Below, piece after piece: positions 26,020 through 39,178 of a stretch of 64,000 bases of DNA. Position 1 is the first letter of the stretch, and the number at the start of each line of letters is the position of its first letter. The stretch comes from Octopus sinensis (lineage: Eukaryota). Below the pieces are notes generated by a model that did no database searches, was not told the DNA's origin, and saw only the letters and a list, made by a program, of their open reading frames with translations. The stretch covers positions 22,878,001 to 22,942,000 of the forward strand of contig NC_043020.1 of assembly GCF_006345805.1 (NCBI RefSeq), read 5' to 3'. Made by a program: the position numbers and the translations under genes.

Positions 26020-26658
26020 TGTGCATGTGACAGTGTGTCTGTGTGTCCGGGTGTTCATGCATGTGATGTGTGTGTCAGTTGGTCTCTGTGTCAGTCCATG
26101 TATATTTCTGGATGCGTATGTCAGTCAGTCCGTTTCAGCTCACGTGTTTCTGGATGCATATGTCAGTTTCTATGCGTGTGTCCGTGTGTCCGTCTGTGTG
26201 TCTTAGTGCAGTATTAAGAAAATGGAATTGCGATACATCAAAGAAATGGAATGATAGAATGTCTTCGCATTATTTTAATGAGACACAGGTGGAATACACA
26301 CATACATACGCAAATGAGACATAGATACATACACACACACATACACACATTTATATACATGTATATTCCTATATACTTTTATGCTTTTATTTGTTTCAGT
26401 CATTTGACTGTGGCCATGCTGGGGCACTGCCTTTAGTCGAACAAATCGACCCCAGAACTTTTGCCGAACCGCTACGTTATGGGGATGTGAACTCACCAAC
26501 ATCTGTTGTCAAGCGATGGTGGACACACAACACACACACATATACGACGGGCTTCTTTCAGTTTCCATCTACCAAATCCACTCCCAGGGTGCCACTCAGT
26601 GTGACTGAACCTGGGACCATGTGGTTGGTAAGCCAGCTACTTACCACACTGCCACTCC

Positions 26659-26710
<52 letters not shown>

Positions 26711-26712
26711 CT

Positions 26713-26760
<48 letters not shown>

Positions 26761-26952
26761 ATGCATACAGAGAGGCATACATACACACACACTTGCACAG
26801 CTGTTTATTTGTCTTACTTCCGTTTAGATATGGTTTCCTGGCACCCTTTTCCAGCCTGATAATCCTTCCTACAATTAATCCTTACCTGATTATTCTTATA
26901 AAAGATCTCTTATTCCAAACAGCATACCTGGCACGGAGTGAGTGATGTCAAG

Positions 26953-26985
<33 letters not shown>

Positions 26986-27287
26986 ATCCTCATTTTAGCA
27001 TCTTCGTTCCACGCTGGCATGGGTAAGATGATTAGGCAGGATCCAGTGGATCCGAGGAATGCGTATGAAATAATCAACATTGGAACTTGAAGTAACCAAA
27101 GCGATAAATAAGAAGCGAGACCCGTGAATATTTCATGGAATTAATAGTAAACTTATCGGGTTTTTTCTGAAAGCTTTATCCCCAAAACCTGAAAGCGTAT
27201 CAAAAGATAGTCGCTCATCTGCCATTCATTGAAAAGTGAAGGAAATTGGAATACGGTGATTACTTAGATGCACTTTATATATATTAT

Positions 27288-27330
<43 letters not shown>

Positions 27331-27339
27331 CATACACTG

Positions 27340-27525
27340 TACTCTTTTACTTTTTGACTGTGGCAATGCTGGAGCACTGCCTTTAGTTGAGCAAATTGAC
27401 CCCAGGCTTATTCTTTGTAAACGTAGTACTTATTCTATCAGTCTCTTTTGCTGAACTGTTAAGTTATGGGGACATAAATACACCAGCATCGGTTGTCAAG
27501 CAATGTTGGGGACACACACACATGC

Positions 27526-27575
<50 letters not shown>

Positions 27576-27738
27576 GACAGGCTTCTTTCAGTTTCCGCCT
27601 ACCAAATCCACTCACAAGTCTTCGGTTGACCTGAGGCTATAGTAGAAGACACTTGCCCAGATGCCACGCAGTGGGACTGAACCCAGAACCATGTGGTTGG
27701 TAAGCAAGCTACTTACCACACAGCCACTCCTACGTCTA
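27340..27738 (-). mobile_element. SINE family 1
   Basis: Near full-length copy. Further or partial copies at ~5485-5856(+), 8490-8845(+), 21030-21296(-), 26385-26662(-), 28697-28860(+) and 34519-34680(+). Confidence 0.85.
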
Positions 27739-27823
27739 TCATACATAAATTTTAACAACAAAACCTCACATGGAGCCCCGAAGGTCATATGGACCCAGGT
27801 TAAGGACCATTAATCTAATTATA

Positions 27824-27990
27824 CCGTATTTTAACATGTATAAGAAACTCCCTAAATATTTGGGGCTTAAAATTTGGAAAAAAAGGTTTTGTAAAGGATT
27901 ATAGTATTATCCACGTATAAGAAACTCCCATATTTTTTAACCTAATTTTTAACAAAAAAAAAAGGGTTTCTTATACATGTTAAAATATGG
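27824..27990. mobile_element. Tc1/mariner-superfamily MITE
   Basis: TA|CCGTATTTTAACATGTATAAGAAAC...GTTTCTTATACATGTTAAAATATGG|TA. Confidence 0.75.
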
Positions 27991-29045
27991 TATCATTTTT
28001 TTTTTTTTTTATAGCCTACTGAGTATAATCTGAAGAAGATTTGACTGCTATTTCTAGTAGAGTGGGCAACCATTTGAAACTTCGCTTAGAAGTATGAAAT
28101 AATTCTGGCTTGGGATTTTCTCAATAATTTAATCTTTTAATACTCTTAATATTTTTCTGTCTTTTCTTCCTGTGAGCTTAATGTTTCTAAATAAAAAATT
28201 CCTCTTTCTCAATATGAAATAGAATTAGGTTTTCTCCGGTTTCGGTTCAGTCGAGTCGCCAGAGTTACCTGCTCTTTGCTCAGTATCACCTCACTAACCT
28301 AACTGTCAAAGGAAGATCTTTAACATGCCACTTTCTGTGTTCTCCCTCCCTCCTTCACTCTCTCTCTCTCTTTCCACCCCTATTTCCCCCTTCTACTGCC
28401 TTACCCTCCACCTTCTCTGTTTCTCTATGTATTTATATTTGTTCCCTCTTTCTGTTCTTTTCTATGTTGCTGTATTTCTCTCTTCCTCTCTTCTCTCTCT
28501 CTTCCTCTGTGTGTGTGTGTGTGTGTGTGTATATCTATCTATCTAAATGAAAAACAGGACGCAAAGGATGTTGCGGTACATATGTTTCGGGCTTTATAGA
28601 ACAACTTATTCTGACATCCCTGAATTTATTGTACCTACCTATGTCTCTCTCTCTCTCTCTCTCTCTCTCCCTATATATATATATATATATATATATGTAG
28701 GCGCGGGCATGGCTGTGTGGTTAGGGAGCTTGCTTCCTAGCTACATGGTTTCGGGTTCAGTCCCACTGCGTGGCACTTTGGGTAGGTGTCTTTCACTATA
28801 GCCCCGAGCTGACCGGAGCTTTGTGATTGAATTCGGTAGGTGGAAGTTACTGCCGTGTGTGTATATGTGCGTGTAGGTGCTTGTGCCTCTCCGAAAGAGA
28901 GAGAGAGGGATATACACACACACACACACATATATATAATCATCTGATGTTGATATTTTAACTTTAAAATTGTATGCAAACACATGCATACATTTATTAT
29001 TATTGTTGTTGTTGTTGTTGTGTTGTTGTTGTTGTTGTTGTTGTT

Positions 29046-29076
<31 letters not shown>

Positions 29077-29249
29077 ACGACGACGACTCCCCCCCCCCTA
29101 TTGGCAGTTTTTATTTGTTATATTTTTCGCCGTTATTTAAATGTTTACACGGACCTTTTTTTCTCGCAAAACCCTTTGTACTTTTCGTCCCGTATCTGTC
29201 CTTACATGTTTTTTGATTTATGTTAGCCCTTGTGGCCAATAAAACCAGA

Positions 29250-29279
<30 letters not shown>

Positions 29280-29280
<1 letters not shown>

Positions 29281-29823
29281 GAGTGAGAGAGCAGTGCATG
29301 CCATCAAAGTGACACTGGGGTAAAATATACGAAGCCCAATATACCCATCATGACTACCCGTCTGATAAAGGTACACCAGGCACATGCATCACAACCATAT
29401 GTGCGCGACATGGTGATCTCGTGTCAAGATAAACAGCACATGACCTTGCAGGTGGGGCCCAGTTAGAATTTTCTTCAGGTTGAGTAGCCCATCCCGCTCA
29501 AAAGGTCTCTGAATAAGGGTTGTTTAAGGATGTTGAAAGAACCACCCATGTTTTCAGAGGTGAACTATTCAAACCCCAAAGAATCCCTCTCAACACATGG
29601 CTATGATGCTCCCCCACTACTTCTGCTCGTGATCAGAGATGCACATATCGTCAGCCACTAAGAGACATGCTCAACTGGTTAAGGTCAAACAACTGACAAG
29701 CAAATCTGTGGTATTGAGCAGAATATTTGCTGTAGCCCATCTTTTATACCAAGACAAAACAATGTACATGATAACACTTCTAATCAGTTAAGATCAGAAG
29801 CCATGAGAGCCACTGCCTGGTAC

Positions 29824-29824
<1 letters not shown>
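29280..29824 (-). mobile_element. ~545-bp interspersed retroelement with (AAT)n tail
   Basis: Flanked by (ATT)n on both sides; partial copies at ~44010-44377 and 53860-54089. Confidence 0.75.
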
Positions 29825-29873
<49 letters not shown>

Positions 29874-30066
29874 GAAGGTGGTGAGCTGGCAGAATCATTA
29901 GTGCGCTGGATGAAATGCTTGGCAGTATTCCGCCTGTTGCTACCTTCTGAGTTCAAATTCTGCTGAGGTTGGCTTTACCTTTCATCCTTTCAGGGCTTGA
30001 TAAAATAAGTACCGATTGAGTACTGGGCCCGATGTAAATTGCTGCTCTTGTGACAACATCTGAAAC

Positions 30067-30103
<37 letters not shown>

Positions 30104-30429
30104 TCATTGTTGTTGGCAATGAGCGAAGGGCATCAGATGGGAGAAGTCGGGTTACAGTGTGTCCTGCCATGAAGGTGGCGAGCTGGCAGAAACGTTAGCA
30201 CACCGGGCGAAATGCTTAGCAGTATTTTGTCTCCCGGTATGTTCTGAGTTCAAATTCCGCTGAGATCGACTTTGCCTTTCATCCTTTCGGGGTCGATAAA
30301 TTAAGTACCAGTTACACACTGAGGTTGATGTAATCGACTTAATCCCTTTGTCTGTCCTTGTTTGCACCCTCTATATTTAGCCCCTTGTGGGCTAAATAAA
30401 GAAATAAGTGTATCCTGCTATGGCCAATC

Positions 30430-30675
30430 AATCTGATGCATGCTTGGAAGGCTCTGCCACAGGTTGGACACTAGGGGTCTACTGGATCTGAAGACAAGAA
30501 GTTCGCTCTGGGACCATTTTCTTTCTGTCCCTGCAGCCTTGTTCTATTTGTCAGGGGTGACACCTCTGTTGGTGCATCCTCACCAGGTGGGGCAGTCTTA
30601 TGTATGTTTTCCCCAAGCATCACAGTTGGTCTCAAAGCCCTTCATTGAGGCTTTGAGCATGTCCTTGAGGTGCAT
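30430..30675 (-). mobile_element. RTE-clade LINE relic (C-terminal region of the ORF, with stops)
   Basis: Minus translation HLKDMLKASMKGFETNCDAWGKHT*DCPTW resembles the RTE/BovB C-terminal KDTLKASLK...WE...DRPxW motif. Confidence 0.6.
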
Positions 30676-31094
30676 GGAGTAGCTTGATGGGGCTAGTATC
30701 GCTAACAGCGGGAACATGTGAGGCTCTTCAGAGTAGTTTGTTTGCTTTGGTCCTCACCTGACATACTGCCCCTCACCTGTGGATCTTCAAAGCTGTCTGC
30801 ATGCAATAGTGGCCACACCCTGTGCAACAGCTTCCACAGGCTGGCTGAACCACGGGGTGGGTAGCCGATGGCTTTCAACCCCGTACTGAGGCAGGGCTTG
30901 TCTATCTACCTACGCATGTGAAGACCGGATCCTACAGACTGTGGAAAGTACATACATACATACATATACAAACATATACACACAAATACATTTATGCAGA
31001 CATACACAAACACACACACACACACAGTGCTAAATAAGCTCATTCAGTTTGTTTAAAATTTAATACCATCATTTAAATATCCACTTTGATGATG

Positions 31095-31133
<39 letters not shown>

Positions 31134-31336
31134 ATGTGTGTATATATATATATATATATGTATGTATATATGTATGTATTTATTTATATATATATATATG
31201 TATGTATATATGTATGTATTTATATATATATATATATATATGTATGTATATATGTATGTATTTATATATATATGTATGTATATATGTATGTATTTATATA
31301 TATATATATATATATATATGTAGGTATATATGTATT

Positions 31337-31376
<40 letters not shown>

Positions 31377-32639
31377 TACATATACACACACACATATATA
31401 TGTATACTCTAAACAATAAACTGTATAAGTTTAATTAGCATTATGTGTATGTTTGTACATGCCTGTATGTATGTATGTATGTGTGTGTGTGTATGTGGAT
31501 ATATATGTATATAAACCTTCTCTAGAGATAATCTCTATATAAGCTAGTAGTAGTAGTAGCAGCAGTAGTATTAATTTCACTGTGTACTGTATACCACACA
31601 CAGTAGCCGCTTCACTGCTGATCGTTTTAGCTAAATCTTGTATTACTGAAGGATTATCTTTATCCACAAGCCACTCTCTCAATGTGTTCATTCCGTAAAC
31701 ACCGCAACGATGACAAGTCGCAATTATAATTATAATTACAATAATAATATTATTAATAATAATAATAATAATAATGGTGGTGGCTGGAAAACGCGTAAGG
31801 AATACGAGGACGATAGTTTTGAGATGGAAGTTATTGATCTGACCAATGAGGATGGATCTGTGGAGGTAACTTGGCACCCATAAACCTTAGCCCTTACATA
31901 TGGCCCCCTTCTTGTTTGTTACTTCACTTTTATTCTTCTCTGTCGTCTTCCTCCTGCCTGTTCTCTGCATTAGGGCTCCCGGGGGCACATTCGCAATGCC
32001 TGTAAATGGTTAACGCCTTTGATTATAGGTTTGATCATTCAGGGGCGGTTTACACAAGCTACAATGCTGGAGCAATGGGCCTTTTGAGTCCCGCCCAGTT
32101 AACCAGCAACGTGCACATGAGATCTTTTGATAAGAGCATACTCGGACTTTTCAATACCACTACAACCGCCACCATTACCACCATGAGGGCTTCCAGGACC
32201 TCTACCAGTGATGACTTATCCCTTGATGAGCCTAACGAGGGAGCTGTTGTGTTGCTCTGATGGTTTGCCATATATTCTCCTGAGGCTCTTTCTGAGTTTG
32301 GAAAATTGGATGAATAGAAAATGACCCCATTTTTATTAACCTGCATCGTTATATTTACAAATGTAGATGCAATGAATTAACGGACTGATGTCCATTGATT
32401 GTGGCATTAACGAGTCTTTCGTCTTTTACTTGTTTCAGTCATTTGACTGCAGCCATGCTGGGGCACTGCCTTGAAGGCCCGACCCCACCCACCCCAAGTA
32501 CTTTTCTTTTTCCCCTTTTAAGTTTGGTACTTATTCTGTCCATCTTGTTTACTGAACTTCTAAGTCGTAAGGATGTAAACTAACCAGTACTGGTTGCCAA
32601 GCAGTGGGCGGAGAGAAACACTATCATAAAGACACACAT

Positions 32640-32720
32640 AAACATATCCATTTATATATGCATGTGTGTATGTGTGTGTATATATGCCTGTGTGTGTGTA
32701 TATGTGTGTATATATACGTA

Positions 32721-32771
<51 letters not shown>

Positions 32772-32842
32772 GTATGTGTGTGCATATATATATATATATA
32801 CATATGTATGTGTGTGCATATATATATATATATACATATGTA

Positions 32843-32887
<45 letters not shown>

Positions 32888-33142
32888 CGTATGTATGTGT
32901 GTGTGTATATATATATATATACGTATGTATGTGTGTATATATATATATATAACGTATGTATGTGTGTGTGTATATATATATATACGTATGTATGTGTGGT
33001 GTATATATATATATATATACGTATGTATGTGTGGTGTATATATATATATACGTATGTATATGTGTGTATATATATATGTGTGTGTATGTATCTATATGTG
33101 TGTATATATGTGTGTGTGTGTGTATCTATATGTATGTGTCTA

Positions 33143-33217
<75 letters not shown>

Positions 33218-33270
33218 CACACACACACACACACATATATTTTACTTATACATGTATGTGTGTGTGTGTA
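32640..33270. repeat. Long compound (AT)/(GT)/(CT) microsatellite; similar tracts at ~3263-3640, 31086-31405, 35100-35580 and 62190-62760
   Basis: Direct reading; these tracts produce the YI/CV/TH ORFs. Confidence 0.95.
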
Positions 33271-33904
33271 TATATGACAGGCTTCCTCACAGTTTCTGCC
33301 TAGCAAACCTACTTACATTGGTTTCCCTGGGGCTATGCTAGAAGCCACTTGCCAAAGTTACCACACAGTGGGACCGAACCTCAAACAAGTTAGTAAAGTG
33401 AGCCTCTTAACCACATAGTCATTACGTGTGCCTGGGGCTGTTCAGAACCTTCCGCCTATAACTTGCCGGACGATTTAATTAACGAAGGTAGTGTAAAAAA
33501 ATTAATCACTGCCTGTAATTAATGAGTTACTGGAAGCTACAGGTAAAGATTAATAACACATCTTGTTGATTACAACATAAATGTGTTGCTTAAAAGTGCA
33601 GGTGGTCGACAGAGAACAGGTGGCTGAGACAGGTGACATAGATCCCCACCCCCTCGATGACTTAGTGACTCTCTAGCCTGTGGGTGGATTTCATCTGTGA
33701 GAAATAGCAGCCAAGTTTCTGTCGAATTACAACTGACTTGGATAACACCACTGACGCGTCATAGAGACGTTTCGGTCGTTGTTTGTTACGGCATCCGTGT
33801 TCCAGTGTTTCGTTACATCTAGTGTTTGTAGTGTGTGTTTGAGTGGAGGCATCAACACCACAGCCTCCCAGATTCGATTCTCCCTAAAACACACACACAC
33901 ATGC

Positions 33905-34445
33905 ATACATACACATAAATGTAGTCACACACATACACACACATGTACATACAGACATACACATACATGTAGTCACACACACACACACATGTACATACAG
34001 ACATACACATACATGTAGTCACACACACACACACATGTACATACAGACATACACATACATGTAGTCACACACACACACACATGTACATACAGACATACAC
34101 ATACATGTAGTCACACACACACACACATGTACATACAGACATACACATACATGTAGTCACACACACACACACATGTACATACAGACATACACATACATGT
34201 AGTCACACACACACACACACACATGTACATACAGACATACACATACATGTAGTCACACACACACACATGTACATACAGACATACACATGCATGTAGTCAC
34301 ACACACACACACATGTACATACAGACATACACATACATGTAGTCACACACACACACATGTACATACAGACATACACATACATGTAGTCACACACACACAC
34401 ACACATGTACATACAGACATACACATAAATGTAGTCACACACACA
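33905..34445. repeat. 44-50-bp compound tandem repeat containing a variable (CA)n
   Basis: GTAGTC at 12 positions from 33921 to 34431. Confidence 0.95.
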
Positions 34446-34680
34446 GTATAGACACGTTTTTGTGTGTTTGAATGTATGTATAAATGTGTGTGTATCTATT
34501 TGAATATGTAGAAATAATGCGCAGGAGTGGCTGTGTGGTAAGTAGCTTGCTTACCAACCACATGGTTCCAGGTTCAGTCCCACTCCATGGCACCTTGGGC
34601 AAGTGTCTTCTACTATAGCCTCAGGCCGACCAAAGCCTTGTGAGTGAATTTGGTAGAGGTTAACTGAAAGAAGCCCGTTG

Positions 34681-34730
<50 letters not shown>

Positions 34731-35338
34731 TACATATGTGTGTGTGTATGTATGTTTATGTGTCTGTGTGTGCATACATCTTTGTGTGTCAAAATATATG
34801 CACACACAAGCATGCACACCACCCACTCACATGCACTCTGTGTGTGAATATTCCAATTTTTAAAAATAGGTATTCCATATCTGTGCATGCCATAAGGGGC
34901 CCCCGCTATATGAGCTTGTGCCAAGTAAGGCATCTGGTTATGGAAGCGTTGCCACCGAGACCCTCGGCCAGCCGGTGTTGGCATGGAAAAGCGGTCATTA
35001 AAACAACGGCGTTGATTTTATATTATCATTTTCCATTTGTTGTTTCAGGTTGGCATCGGTTCAACAGATCTCTCTCTCGGTAAAAACAGTACAACACACA
35101 TTTACATGCACACATATGTATATACATACATACATACATACATATATATATATATATACTTGCACACACACATGCATACATATGTACATACACACATATG
35201 TATATATGTATGTGTGTATATATATATATATATATGCATATTCTTTTATATATGTCTATATATATATTCTTTATATATATGTGTGTGTATATATATGTTC
35301 TTTATATATATATATGTGTGTGTGTGTATATATATATA

Positions 35339-35372
<34 letters not shown>

Positions 35373-35748
35373 CACACACACACACACACATATATACACA
35401 TGTATATAAATAGAGATATACATTCATGCATGCGCACACATACACACATGTACAAATGTATACACACATATATACACATATAAACACATACACGTGTGTG
35501 TGTACATATATATATAGGCATATACATATATATATACACACATGCATACATATACATAATGCATGCACACACATATATATAAAATAAAGAATTGATTTTG
35601 TTTGGTAAGTGTCACTATCAAATATTTTATTCATTACATAAAATTATATATTTGGTGAGATTGAACATTATCATTATTAATATTATCATTATCATTATTA
35701 TTATTATTATACTGGTGTCATTGTTGTATTTGACATTGCTTCATAGTA

Positions 35749-35825
35749 GGTGATGTTCTATCATATGCAGGTGATGTTCTATCATATGCAGGGGATGTTC
35801 TATCATATGCAGGTGATGTTCTATC
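35749..35825. repeat. 21-bp tandem repeat, about 3.7 units
   Basis: GGTGATGTTCTATCATATGCA starting at 35749, 35770, 35791 and 35812. Confidence 0.9.
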
Positions 35826-36217
35826 CTTTCCTGTACCCTATGGAAATTGTTTAAGGCTTGTGACCTCTCAGCGATTAATTTTAACAAGTATTGAACGATA
35901 TCAAGACTAGGAGACCCACAAACACTCACTCATACGCATACATACACCCTTACACATACACACACCTATTAACGCACATCGTATAAATACATAGACTGTC
36001 TTCAGATGTGACAATATGAGTGGTCTTCCGTCCAGTTAGACACCGGCCTCAGGAACCTTATGTTGTCTTTTGGTATTTATCTTCCGGCGAGCTGGCAGAA
36101 TCGTTAGCACGCCGGGCAAAATGCTTAGCAGTCCTGGGATCAATTTTGACTAAAACCATTTGAGACTATGCTACAGCATGGCCACAATCAAATGACTGAA
36201 ACGTGTAAGAAAAATAG

Positions 36218-36255
<38 letters not shown>

Positions 36256-36259
<4 letters not shown>

Positions 36260-36656
36260 CGCAGGAGTGGCTGTGTGGTAAGTAGCTTGCTTACCAACCA
36301 CATGGTTTCGGGTTCAGTCCCACTGCATGGCACCTTGGGCAAGTGTCTTCTACTTATAGCCTCGGGCCGACCAAAGCCTTGTGAGTGGATTTGGTAGACG
36401 GAAACTAAAAGAAGCCTGTCGTATATATGTATATATATATATGTATGTGTGTGTATATGTTTGTGTGTTTGTCCCTCTAGCATTGCTTGACAACCAATGC
36501 TGGTGTGTTTACGTACCCGTCACTTAGTGGTTCGGCAAAAGAGACTGATAGAATAAGTACTGAGCTTACAAAGAATAAGTCCTGGGGTCAAGTTGCTCGA
36601 CTAAAGGCGGTGCTCCAGCATGGCTGCAGTCAAAATGACTGAAACAAGTAAAAGAG
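36256..36656 (+). mobile_element. SINE family 1
   Basis: Near full-length copy. Confidence 0.85.
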
Positions 36657-36889
36657 TATATTTATATATATACACACACATACGTATGTGTAAATATAAA
36701 CGTTATTGGCTGATATGTATGCCTTTGTATGCTTTAAGTGGGTATCACTATGAATTTTTGAAAATACTGAAATGTAATTTCTTGGCGATCATCCAAAAAA
36801 CGGAAAACATTTTTATACCTCATTTGTGAAATTTGGATGAATATTTTAGGAAATATGACAATTTTGAATGGCCAGTTAATGGGTTGAAA

Positions 36890-36960
36890 TCTTGCCTAAT
36901 TGGCTGTAGTGAATAATTAGCCATATTTGTGACGTCATATCTTAGAAACTGAGGTGATAA
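36890..36960 (+). promoter_or_regulatory. Candidate DNAJC13 promoter (inverted CCAAT plus full CRE)
   Basis: ATTGG at ~36899-36903 and TGACGTCA at 36930-36937 in non-repetitive sequence ~1.2 kb upstream of the ATG exon. Motif-only evidence. Confidence 0.35.
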
Positions 36961-37229
36961 TCATCGTTAAATTACACTAATAGTGACCATGATGTTGCTT
37001 TTTTTTTTTTTTCAGGTTCTTGGAAAGGAAATTTATTTTTTGGTAATTTTTGAAATGTTTATGTAAAACCTGTTCTGTTACGTGTAACAAACAGTCAATT
37101 TGTTGGTGTTTTTTCAGGCCTACCTAAATCCTAAATTGAGTTTCGACATATTTGTAGTAGGGTATAGAACTAAATACATCCTGAAATTTTGGGACATGAA
37201 CCCCATTTCAGTAAAATTTGGATGGAATG

Positions 37230-37455
37230 TCTATTATATAAAATCCATTCTGTCTGTCTGTGTGTCTTCTAGGATCTTGGGCATCCTCCATCTGATTGCA
37301 CTCAAATTTGATATGTAGATACCGACGGTATCAGGGCGTGTATACATCTTGAAAAAATTACAAAAATCGATTCCAGGTGAGAATGCGATCGATAAAGCCG
37401 TGGGAAAGTGCATTTGTACGCGCAAGTACATCATCTGTTGCGATGTACTTACTGG
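37230..37455 (+). mobile_element. Non-autonomous Helitron-like element (5' fragment also at ~62040-62105)
   Basis: 5' TCTATTATATAAAA; perfect 9-bp hairpin AAGTACATC/GATGTACTT (37424-37450) followed by CTGG|T. Confidence 0.6.
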
Positions 37456-38150
37456 TACTTTATACTCTTTGGTTGCATATTTGTGTGAATAAAATCGTTT
37501 TTCTTTGGAATAGAAAAAAAAGTCTAACATTATTTCTTCTTTTGCTGGTGTCTCACATTTAGGTTAAATCAGTGTTTCTCAAAAGGGAGGACAAGTTATT
37601 TTGAGAAAATTTGGTTTAAATGTTTGGACGGGTAGGTGTTTTGCTCGTTAAAAATGGCTGTAAATGGTGGTGTTTTGGATCAGGACACCCAACATAAATT
37701 GGATTTTCTCCATTTTGACGAAGATTTTTCCAATTTTCCTTTTTCATCATGGTCTTTGAAACAATGGTGGGAAGCTTTTTGTGTGAAAAATTTTTTTGAA
37801 AATATCCATAGACTCAGTTGGTTGCACATGAGAATCCAACCAAAAAGTGTGATGATGGTTGCTTCTCATAGGACCCTATGGAGGAGGTATCTGAGGACTT
37901 TACTCTTAAAGGCATTCCAGGAATGGTGGGTAGAGAAAATGGATGGATGGAACTTCTAGTCCGATACACTTCCTTTTTTAACTATGTAGATGTGATTTGA
38001 AGGAGATTTCATTCTATTTCTTTCTTGGCTGCCGTTATTAGCATGTCAAGTAAACACATAGTTCCCCATTAATTTATCAAGACACACAGAGGTTCCATTG
38101 TTACAGCAATCATCTATCTTACTTCCTTTCTTTTCTACTTGCAGGACATC

Positions 38151-38218
38151 ATGGATTCCATCAAAGACAACATAGACATAGCCTGCTATTTCATCACAAA
38201 ACATTCTTGGAAAGGAAA
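38151..38218 (+). CDS. DNAJC13: DNAJC13/RME-8 coding exon 1 (MDSIKDNIDIACYFITKHSWKG + AA)
   Basis: Acceptor AG at 38143-38144, ATG at 38151, donor GTGAGT at 38219. The peptide matches the RME-8 N-terminus (human [23 protein letters not shown]). The AG upstream of the ATG implies at least one non-coding 5' exon. Confidence 0.95.
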
Positions 38219-38386
38219 GTGAGTATTCTATTGTATTGGTACTCCAGAATGTATTTATTGAACAGATTTCCCTCAAAACTACTTGTGTCAAGGGAGAGTC
38301 ATTTTCTTTTTGTGCCTTATAATGGAACACACTCACCAGTAAAATTTCCACATTTTTTTCTTATTTTTATTGTCCTAAAATTTTTG

Positions 38387-38680
38387 GGATCTCTTCGGTT
38401 TGAACAGCAGTTTTTTCTAGCGGTGTCATATGAAATTGTCACCCATAATTATGACCCTAGTATCAATCTATTGCATTTCAATCTGTTTTAGGGTTAGGGG
38501 TGGGTGAAAGGGTATCATTTTTTTCTTCACAAATGTAAATAAATCCAATCTGTTTCTTAAACGAGGGACATATTCATATGGCACAGAATGTTTTTTTTTA
38601 CCTCAATAGACGTCAATGATTGGTTGAAATTGCAGAAATTGAAGAAAAAAACCGACAAATATCTTACAAACTACAGAATT
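38387..38680. mobile_element. Same MITE family, 3'-truncated copy
   Basis: Starts GGATCTCTTCGGTTTGAACAGCAG; the internal sequence matches 60441-60730 and ends at a SINE. Confidence 0.7.
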
Positions 38681-39102
38681 TTAAGTACCAGTTGCATACT
38701 GGGGTCGATATAATCAACTCATCTCCTCCCTCAGAATTGCTGCCCTTGTAGCAAACTTTGAAACCATTATTATTATCATTATTATTATTATTATTATTAT
38801 TAAAGCAGTGAACTGGCAAAACCATGAGCATGCTGGCCAAAATGCTTCGCAGCATTTCTTGCAGCTCCTTATGTTCTGAGTTCAAATCCCACTAAAGTTA
38901 AATGTTTAGTGATATTTCCTACTTGCTGCATGACCAACTTTATCCTTCATCCTTTTGGGGTTGATAGAATAAGTACCAGTTTGAGTACGTGGGTTGATGT
39001 AATCGACCTATCCTCCCCTCATAATTGCTGGCCCTGTGCCAAAATTTGAAGCCATTGTGATTGTTATTATTTTATACATGGAATTTATTTTGTCTTTTAC
39101 AG

Positions 39103-39178
39103 ATATAAGCGCATTTTCTCTGTTGGCACCCATGGCATTACAACTTATAACCTCAACACGTTGGAGATCACCAATCGG
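39103..39178 (+). CDS. DNAJC13: DNAJC13 exon 2 ([26 protein letters not shown])
   Basis: tttacAG / GTAAGA; 76 nt, phase 2 to 0; matches RME-8 YKRVFSVGTHAITTYNP. Confidence 0.97.

Noticed and set aside
31053-35634. Many 100-250-aa ORFs (YI, CV, TH repeats), also at 3211-3708, 48928-49850 and 62120-62603
   Set aside because: Translations of microsatellites and minisatellites.
37636-37959. 107-aa Trp-rich ORF upstream of DNAJC13 exon 1
   Set aside because: GTG start, no recognisable domain, and no support beyond ORF length.
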